In this document: positions 11,634 to 20,000 of the stretch, piece after piece
How the letters are laid out: each line of letters starts with the position of its first letter
How positions within the stretch are numbered: the stretch's first letter is position 1
Assembly (NCBI GenBank): GCA_001724265.1
Contig: MEDY01000138.1
Span: 45,945-65,944 of the forward strand
Direction: 5' to 3'
Origin: Rhizaria sp. SCN 62-66
Taxonomy: Eukaryota
DNA: 20,000 nucleotides
The notes under the pieces: generated by a model
The model's database searches: none
Seen by the model: the letters and a program-made list of their open reading frames with translations, nothing else
Told to the model about the DNA's origin: nothing
Position numbers and translations under genes: made by a program

Positions 11634-12334
11634 GATGGAGACGGTTCAGGCTAGGAATGGGGGGGATTTGGGCTCTTGTTGCTGAAGGCTAAGCTGAAGT
11701 ACAGTGGGATCCGTTGGCGAACCGGGGGGTTGGAAACACAAGAGAGGATTTAGTGAGCTATATAACGAAATTTAAGACTAAAATTCAATATTACTGAGTA
11801 CATACAGACGCAATATTCCTAAAATTGCACATTTAATGCTAAATGAAGCTGGAATTGATGATGTCGGCGGGGCGAAATGAACAGTGACAAAGCGTTAAGA
11901 TCAATGACACGCGCCCGTCGCGCCGATAGCCTGCGCAAGGGGTATGTAGTAAAATCTCAAAGAGAAATTAAGTTATAATATAAATCACACACTTGTTTGT
12001 TCAGCTCACAAACTTGTATCTCTCTTGACGATCAATGGGCAGTGCTAGATTGCGAGAAAGTTGCATCGGCAATGGCTTCGTCCAATAACGGTGGTGACTG
12101 CGGTCCTAGTCCACATCCCAAGCAGGCCCACCAAGTCATCGATGTACTGACATGATTTGATCGTCAACTAACACCAAACTTAGTTCATAGCAGATCAGTA
12201 CCGCGATCTCACCGAATTTCTTTTTATACCCTACCTCGCGCGTTTTGTGTCTCTCTACACAGCTTTCCCGTCCCAAAGTTCCTCTGTTCAGTAAGAGCCG
12301 TTGAGACTATCCCCCGCCGTCCGCCCGCGCCGAA
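11634..12334. promoter_or_regulatory. Divergent (head-to-head) intergenic region; probable bidirectional promoter plus 5' UTRs
   Basis: About 700 bp AT-richer spacer between kinesin ATG (-) and FHA gene ATG (+). Inferred from gene orientation only; no specific elements identified. Confidence 0.5.
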
Positions 12335-13165
12335 ATGGACGCGCCCCCGTCCCCCGCCCTGTCTGCCGCGACAGCGTAGCCGGCGAACCACAGCGCTTAG
12401 TGGGACCGCATGTACGCGCAGGCTTCGGCCTCCGAGGCCGCCGCAGCCGAGGCCAAGGCTGCCAGGGACTCCCACAACTCCCGCGACTCCCGCGATGCAC
12501 GCGACTCGAGGGACTCCCGCGACTCGCAGCGGCGTTCGGTTGACTCGTCTTCTCACGGTTCCAGCTCTAGCTCCCGCTCCGGGTCTAGTAGCTCCAGCTC
12601 TGGCTCCTACCGGTCAGGCTCTGACGGTCGCTCATCGTCATCATCGTCGTCATCGTCATCATCTTCATCGTCATCATCGTCGTCAAACCGTGACCGTGGT
12701 CATGACCGTGACCGTGACCGTGACCGTGAGCGTGGTTATGAGCGCAGCAGTCGTGAGCGTGACCGCAGCAACCGTGACTTTGACCGGGATCGCGACCGGG
12801 ATCGCACTGAGCGAACTGACCGCACTGACCGTGACCGTGAGCGCGACCGTGAACGTGACCGCACCAGTGAACGTGGGTACCGGAGTGACCGTGAACGCAG
12901 CGACCGTGACCGTAACCGTGACCATGACCGCGACCGCGAGCGTGACCGTGACCGTGACCGCGGCCGAGACTACTCCTCTCGGAGTGACCGTGACCGTGAT
13001 CGCAACCATGACGGTGACCGTGACCGTGACCGGAGTTACCGTGAGAGCGAACGTAATGACCGTGGTCGTGATCGTGAACGTAATGACCGTGACCGTGACC
13101 GTGACCGCGATCGCAATCGTGACCGTGACCGCAGTGACCGTGCTGATCGTTCCGCTCCTGAGCAA

Positions 13166-13197
<32 letters not shown>

Positions 13198-14107
13198 GCA
13201 ACAAGCTCAAGGCGCCCAGGAGCAAGATCAGGAGCAGCAGAAACCTCCCCCGCAGCCCATTTTCACCACCTCCGGCCTTCTCTCGTCCTCCGCCAACAAC
13301 AGCAACAGCTTCCGGTCTGCCGCCAACGCCGCTGCTGCCGCTGGCGCTGGCACTGGTGGGAGCGGGGGTGGCCTTGCAGCGAAGCAACAGCTTCTGGCCC
13401 CCGCGGCGGCGCTGCTTGCTGCCGCCGGTTCCGGCTACCGTAGCACTGCAGACACTGCTTCCCTGCTCTCTGCACTCGCCTCCGCGCCCACCGCGGAGAA
13501 TGGCGTCGGCGGCGGCACAGTCACAGGTGCCGCAGGCTCCGTCACAGGTACTGGCATGGGTTCTGGTACTATTTCCGCGGGTGCTGTGCAGCCAGCGGCG
13601 TTCGAGAAGGGCGACCAGTACGCGGAGCCTGCGGATGCGCGCAAGCCGACGAGCAAGTGGCGCTGCTACATCTTCCCCAAGCAGCCCGCCGCTACTATGG
13701 GTGGGGCGGGGGCCGCGAGCAAGGCGCCAGAGGCGACGCTGCACCTGCACCGGCAGAGCGTGTACAAGTTAGGCCGCCGCGCGGACGCGGCCGTGTGCGA
13801 CATCCCGCTCGACCACGAGTCCTGCGCGGGCGCTCACGCCGTGCTACAGTACCGTGTGCGGCCCGTGACCGGCGCGGACGGGGTGGTGCGACCGGAAGTT
13901 AAGCCATACCTCATGGACCTCAGCGTCATGAACTTGAGCAGCAATAACAATAGCAACAGCTCGAATGCGAGTGGGAGTGTTGTTGTGGGAGGAACGCGGA
14001 TCGGGGGGGTGTTGATGCAGCCGTGTAAGTACTACGAGGTACTTAGTGGCGATACGGTCGAGTTCGGCGATTTGAAGAAGGAATTTGTCTTCATGAAAGT
14101 GGACTGA
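12335..14107 (+). CDS. SNIP1: SNIP1/DAWDLE/Pml1-like FHA-domain splicing factor (RES complex) with N-terminal RD/RS repeats; 590 aa if two TAG codons are read as sense, otherwise 565 aa from ATG 12410
   Basis: C-terminus YAEPADARKPTSKWRCYIF..LHRQSVYKLGR..DIPLDHESC..HAVLQYR..VKPYLMDL..KYYEVLSGDTVEFG matches the SNIP1/DDL pattern as I recall it (YxEPPEARxPxxRWRLY..HRQSxYLxGR..DIPxDHPSCSKQHAVxQYR..VKPYIIDL..RYYEL). Intronless; ends TGA. Confidence 0.88.
12631..12685 (+). repeat. (TCR)n trinucleotide repeat encoding poly-Ser
   Basis: tcatcgtcatcatcgtcgtcatcgtcatcatcttcatcg... in the SNIP1 frame. Confidence 0.9.
12688..13141 (+). repeat. Degenerate (GACCGT)n hexamer repeat encoding Arg-Asp/Glu dipeptides
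   Basis: Many gaccgt units; translates DRDRDRERDR, typical of splicing-factor mixed-charge domains. A CAA/CAG poly-Gln run follows at ~13163-13204. Confidence 0.9.
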
Positions 14108-14310
14108 GAAACAAGTCATGCGAAGACACATGTACCATTACATATAACGAGTCTTTTAGATAAAAATAAAAAACAATTTATTTTAATTTCAATTAATTGT
14201 TCTTTATTATAAACTTAAATCACAGAAAGTCGCACACTATATAAAGATATCCATTCATTTCAAGTTTACTCATCACAAGCCAAAAAAGTCTTCACAGACA
14301 GCAGTTACTC

Positions 14311-17300
14311 TTATTGCTGCTCTTGCTGTTGCTGGTGGTGGTGGTCCTCGTCGTTAATGCCCATGTGGTCGTCGAAGTCGTCCTGGAACTGCAGCGGGTC
14401 CAGCGACGCGCCGGGCGGCCGCACCGCGCCCAGCGCCGCAGTCTCGGCCGCGACTTGCAGCGCGCCGGGGGGCGCGCCCGCGGCGCCCTCTTGCGAAAGG
14501 AACAGCAGGTGGTGCTGCTGGGACGGGAGTAGTGACAGCGCCGGCTGCGGCTGCGGCGACTGCAGGGACTGAACCGGCGGCTGAACCTGCGACTGCGACT
14601 GCGTGTGTTGCTTGGGGAGCGACGCAGTCCCCGTTGCGAGACTGCTGCGGTCGTTAGAAGCCGCCGTTGATGCAGTCACGATGGCACCGACACTCTTGCG
14701 ACCGCCTGCATTCCCAGCACTCTTTCTGTGCTCGTTGTGCGCAACGTCGTCAGAGGCCTCGTTGATCGCGTCGATGTTGGCGTCGATCTCTTGAGTGAGC
14801 GGGAACATGTCTTGACTGAGCATGTACGTCTGCTGCGGGAGCTCAAGGGTCGCAGGCGCGGTACTGTTTGCATTGGCGTTGGTTTTGGTATCATTAGAGC
14901 TGCTGCTCGTGGCCGAAGGAACATCAACAGTCGCGTTGTCACTAGACTTGCTGGCATTAACGTTGCCGCTAGTGCTACTCGAACTAGAGCTCGAGCTCGA
15001 GCTCGAGCTGGAGCTTGAGCTACTACTGCTGCTACTGTTGCTGTACTTGGTCGACACTGGCGGCTTGGCCGCCGACACAGACCGCACGGCCATCAGCTGC
15101 ACGTGCTGCGGCTGGCCCGCCACGCCAGCGCCGCCGCTACCACGTGGGGCGCCGCCACCGTTACTCCTGTTCGTCGCCGCAGCAGCTGTCGATCCAGATC
15201 CAGCGGCAGTCCCGTTCTGCGTCTGAGTCTGCGTGTGAGCTTGCCCGCCTTGCGCAGTATACGCAGTCAGACTGAGCCCGAAGCCCAGCCCCGGCCCTAG
15301 CGCCGCCCCCGGCAACACCGCTGGTCCAGCCGAGCCAGCGCCAGCGCCAGCGCCAGCGCCAGCGCCAGTGCCAGTGCCACTGCCCAAAGCGCCACTGATG
15401 GCGCCGTCGTGCGCGGCTGCCGCGGACAGCAGCGGGGTCGGAGCCAGCAGCCCGCTGTTGGCGCCACCGCCGGCGCGGCCACTGCCCAGCGCAGCCATAG
15501 CGCTGCTGCTGCTGTTGCTGCTGCTGTTGCTGGGAGCGCTGGCAAAGACGTTTGCGCCGCCGGTGTAGCTCCGCGCCGGCGCGCTCCCACCGAGCGCCGT
15601 GGTGACGCTACTTAGATTGGATGTAAGGGACATCCCGAGCGAGGGCGTCGGCGCGGGCGCGAGCGCGGGCGTTTGAACCCGTGAGCCAGCAGCAGCCGCG
15701 GCCACTGCTGCTGTTGAGGCTGCTGAGGCGAAGAAGGCTGAGGCCGCTGATGGCGTCACAGAAGAGGGCGCCGCGGGTCCCAGCGAGCCACGGACACCGC
15801 CCAACAAGTGGCTGTGGCTGTGGCCGACCGAGAGGTGGCTGTGCGCACCGTGACCGTGGCCGTGGCCGTGCGCGAGAGCGTGGCCGTTGCTGTAGATCGC
15901 GGTGAGGCTGGGGGCGCGCGACGGGGGGCTGATCACAGTACTGCTGCTGGCGCCGACACTGGTGACTGCGTTGTTACTGCTATTAGTACTGCTGCTGTTG
16001 TGGGAGGCTGTGGGCAAGGTGTCGACGCGGCTGAGCCTACTTACATTGCTGCCGGTGCTACTTACACTGACGCCGCTCGCGTTCGAGTGCGTGGCGCTCA
16101 CCACGCCCGTCATGGACGCCACCGACAGCACGCCCGAGCCGGCGCCGCTCGAGCCGAGAGTCATACTGTTGGCAGTGGTCAGAGTCCCGCCGTTGCCACA
16201 GTTGCCGCCGTTGCCATTACCGTTGGCGCTGCTGTTGGCAGCGAGGCTGGGGCCGAGACCGGAGGACGACCGGACGAGTCCGCTGGCACCAAGACCGTCG
16301 GGGACACCTAGCCCCGCGGCACTTAGTCCCGCGGAACTTAGACCGGCGGGGGTACTTAGTCCCGACGCAGGGCGCTGCACGCCGAGCCCGACGGCATTCG
16401 TGTTGATGCTGAGGTTGGTGCCGTTTGCGGCCGTGCGCGGGCGCTTGACGGAGTAATCGAACCCGCCGGCTGTCGTCATCACGCTGCCGTTCATTGCGAC
16501 CGGCCCGATGTTGCCCCCGCTGCCGCTGCCACTGCCGCCGTAGCTGTTGACCCCGTTGCCGTGGCCGTGGCCGCTGCTGCTCTCGGCGAGACGCTTGAGA
16601 TGCTGCGACTGTAGGTAGCCCTGGCTGCTCTGCATCGCCGGCGGCGTTGTCATCGTGCTAAGCTTGCTTGCATACGCACCGCCGCCGCTGTTCGCGTTGG
16701 CGCTCGCGCCGCCGACGACGAGCGCGGCAGCGGCCATGTTCGCGAGCACAGAACCGCCGTTCGCACCAGCACCACCGCCGCCGCCGGTGCCGGTGGCAGT
16801 GTTCGAGGGTGGGGGCGAATGGGAGAGTCCCAGTGAAGCCCCCGCGAGGTTGGCGCCCGCGCCGCCACTGTAGAGGCTCGAGAGCGGGTGTTTGGGCTGC
16901 ATGCGGCCGCCCGCAGCAGCCATGCCAGCGCCGGCGGCGAACTGCCCCGACTGCTGCTGCTGCTGCTGATGATGCTGCTGGTACTGCTGGTTGCGCGCGG
17001 CGCGGTCGTAGAGACTGTGGCTGCCGGCTCCCGCCGCCGCGACTGCGCCGCGCCTGTAGCCGGCGTGCACCTTGCCGAGCCCCACGGCAACAGCAGCAGT
17101 GCCAGCGTTGCCAACAGGACCGGTCGCGCTCGCGCCGGCGTCGGGGCTGAGCATCGCGGCCACAGCGGCGGCGGCCACGCCGTGCGGGTGGGGGCCGCCA
17201 GCTGTGGAGCCACCGCCGCGCCTGTGGGCGCCGTAGCCGTTGTAGCCACCTGTGAGGCCATCGGCGGTGTCTTCATTGCCATCGCTATACTCGTCATCGA

Positions 17301-18236
17301 CGTCGTCGTTGTCGTCCTCGTCGCCGTCGTCATCATCGTCGCCAGTGCTCTCGTAGTCAAAGTCCAAGTCGGACTCGCCGACGTAGCCGCCCTCGCCGCT
17401 GCTCGCGCGCCCGCCGCCGATGGCGAGAAGGTCCCCATAGTACTCTGCGTCGCACTCGTACCGTGGAACCTGCTCCAGCTCGCGCATCAGCGTCATGTCA
17501 AACCCGTTCCACACGCTCGGCAGCGGCCGCTGCACCTGGGGCGGCAGCGCACTCCCCCTGCGTCCCCCAGAGCCCGCGCCCGCGCCCGCACCCGCGCCCG
17601 CGCCCGCGAGGAGGAGTTCGCGGACCTCGCGCGGCAGCGGGTGTTTCAGGGGGTCGGGAGTCAACAGCAGCGCCTCAGTGCCGCTGCGCAGCAGCAGCCC
17701 GTTGCCACCACAGGTCACATTCGCGGCGCCGGCGCTGAAGCCGAACGCGGCGTTGGCGCTGCTGTAGCCACTCGCAGTCGCACCACCACAAGCAGCAGCA
17801 GCAGTAGCAGCAGCAGCAGTGGCGTCAGCGCCGGTGCTCGCGGCGCTCGGAGGCAGCTTGGCGACGATGAGACCTGAGTTAATCATGGACCCGTAGCCGC
17901 CGCCACTGTTGCCGCCGCCGAAGAGGCTGGCGGCGTCGGCGGTCGCCGAGGCCGCGGCGAGAGATACCGGCGCGATGTCGTTGCGGCCGCCGCTGATGCT
18001 GCTGACGACGTTGTTCACGTCGGCGTCGACGTTGGCGGAGAGGATGACTGTGTGGCTGGGGTCTAAGGGCACGACGGGGACGTGTAAGTGGCGCGACATC
18101 TGAGTGCCAGCGAAACTAAGGACCTTGTCGTCAACCGTGTCGACACTGCTGCCGCCGTGAGCGGGGCCCTTCGCGCGACCAGCGCTGCTGTTACTAATGT
18201 AGGTGTACTGCTGCTGCTGTTGCTGTTGCTGCATGA

Positions 18237-18276
<40 letters not shown>

Positions 18277-20000
18277 CTGCTGATGGAACTGCCTCGGGGC
18301 AGTGACGAGCTTCACGCGAGAGATGCCAGGCGCCACGGCGATGAGGCTCTCGATCGCACTCGCCACCGCCGCCGCGCGCCCCGCACCCGCACCCGCGCTA
18401 GGGCCAGCGCTCGCGGTGACATCGCCGCTGTTGCTCCCATCTCTACTACCACTGATGTTATTGCTACACTGCTGTTGCTGCTCGCGCTGCTCGCGCAGGA
18501 GCATGCCCGCAACCGCGCCCGTCTCGTCCCGCACCAGGCCGAGCACGGTGAGCGCGCCGGTGGCGCGCGCGCGCGCCAGCGCCTGGAGCGCCGCGACGGA
18601 GCTGTTCTGCCCGACGCTGGTGCCGAAGCCGCTCGTGCGCGTCAGAAGGTCCAGCAGCGCCGCGCCGCCGGGACCCAGCCGCGTCTCGCCCAGCGCGCGC
18701 GCGGCGTTGGCGACGCGGCGCGCGCGCTTGGCGAGGCGTCGACCCACGCGCTCGGCGCGTGCGGCGGCGCGGGCGGCCGAAGAGGCCGAGGCCGAGGCCT
18801 AGACCGCGCTGTTGCTGTTGCTGCTATCGCGTCGCCGCTGCTGCCGCTGCTGCCGCTGCTGGGACTGGCGCTGCTGCTGGTGGTACTGCTGGAGGTACGC
18901 GTGGTACTCCTCGTCGCTGTCGTCGCTGACGTCGCTCAAACCGTCACCATGCGCCGCGCCAGCGCCCGAACCAGCGCCAGAAGAGCCGGAGCCGGCGCCA
19001 GCTCGAGCGTCAACAGGAGGGAGCTGCACGAGCTGCAGCTGAAGGTCCCGCTGTTGCTGCTGCAGCGCGGCGACCAGCTTCTTGTTCTGCTTCAACGCAC
19101 CGTCGAACTCGAGGTTTGCGAGGATGACGGAGACGTCGCGCAACTGCCGCCGCAGTCGCCGCCGCAACCGGCGCCGAACGGTGTCCCCCGCGCCCGCCTG
19201 CAGTTGCGCGGCCGCGCGCGCGACAGCCGCCGCAGCAGCCGCCCCGGCCTCGGCGTCGACTGCGGCGGCGACCTCGGCGGCGGCGGCGGCGGGCGGCGTC
19301 ACCATCGACGCGCGCCGCGGGGGTCGGCCGGGCCGGCCGGTCCGCACCACGCCGTTCGCGCCGTCGTCCATGGCCAGCGCCGCCGCAGCGGCGGGCGCGG
19401 GCGCGGCGGCGGCCTCGGCGGCGAGCCGGTCGACGACGACGGCGGCCGTGAGCTGAGCGCTGCGGGCGGCGACCTTGTTCGCGGCAGCGACCACGGTCGC
19501 GACTGTCGCTGCCACGCTCGGCGACAGCACCGCGGCGTCGGCGCCCGCGGCGCCCGCGGCGGCACTGGCGGCGGCAGCAGAGGCGGCGGCGGCGGCGGCG
19601 GCAGCGGCGTTCTTGCCTCCTCCGGCGCCGCCGCCTTTGCCCCTGCCGAGCAGCAGTTTCGCGCCGAAGGGCGTCGCAGTCGCCATCACGTGTCCCGCGA
19701 GCGCGGCAGAGGCGGCCCCATCCGGTGCCCCCGCCGCCCCCGCGGAGGACGCCGATGCGGACGCCGCGTTGGCGACCGAGGCCGCGATGAGTTGATCGTA
19801 GTGCACTGCGGCGTAGACTGCGCGCAGCAGCTCCGCGTCCAGCGGCTTCAGCGGCGCAACGCGCGCGGCGATGCCAGCGGGCGTGCCCGCCGCCGCGGCC
19901 GCCGCCGCCACGGCCGCCGCGGTGCCGGGGCCCGAGCCGAGCCCCGCCGCCGCGGCCGCAGCGCCCCCGGCGCCGCGCCCAGTCAGCGCTGTTGCCATGG
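14311..20000 (-). CDS. Very large low-complexity protein of unknown function, possibly 5'-truncated; one frame of 1895 codons from ATG 19998, interrupted by a single TAG (18799-18801)
   Basis: ORFs 18799..19998 and 14311..18747 share a frame, linked by ASASASSAARAAARAER. Codon style matches the other genes and there is no AT-rich break. Ends TAA 14311-14313 followed by an AT-rich spacer. Islands of globular-looking sequence (LLRAVYAAVHYDQL; LRDVSVILANLEFDG; HLHVPVVPLDPSHTVIL; PLPSVWNGFDMTLMRELEQVPRYECDAEYYGDLL), but no family recognised. Confidence 0.7.

Noticed and set aside
12072-12304. Short ORF MASSNNGG... with a possible intron (GTACTG 12144 to CAG 12262) as an upstream SNIP1 exon
   Set aside because: The spliced frame hits TGA at 12302-12304 before the SNIP1 ATG; no support for coding.
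12688-13141. Possible CRISPR array or telomeric/satellite repeat
   Set aside because: No repeat-spacer structure; it is a degenerate coding hexamer repeat in an open frame.
12495-13772. Overlapping VTVTVT-repeat ORFs on both strands
   Set aside because: Alternate-frame readings of the (GACCGT)n repeat encoding the RD domain of SNIP1.
18799-18940. TAG at 18799 as a splice acceptor of a hidden intron
   Set aside because: No in-phase GTAYG donor, AT-rich body or pyrimidine tract, unlike all six clear introns. RNA-seq is still needed to exclude it fully.

Overview
Compact, gene-dense eukaryotic (protist-like) nuclear DNA with very GC-rich exons, short AT-rich GT-AG introns (162-204 nt, donor consensus GTAYGY) and short AT-rich intergenic spacers. 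It holds four protein genes, three of them heavily inflated by poly-Ala/Gln/Asn/Ser tracts. (1) The 3' part of a 4-exon PPR-repeat gene (+, <1..1637). (2) A ~2928-aa, 4-exon kinesin-14-like gene (-, 11633..2278) with a central, insertion-riddled motor and a NudE/NDE1-like N-terminus. (3) An intronless SNIP1/DAWDLE/Pml1-type FHA gene (+, 12335/12410..14107), divergent from the kinesin. (4) A very large low-complexity gene of unknown function (-, >=19998..14311). Main signal: three in-frame TAG codons lie in apparently continuous coding sequence (18799-18801; 12377-12379; 12398-12400), while all four genes end in TAA or TGA. This suggests a variant nuclear genetic code in which UAG alone is a sense codon. 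The evidence is suggestive (only 3 sites), not proof. Most other ORFs in the track are antisense or alternate-frame shadows.
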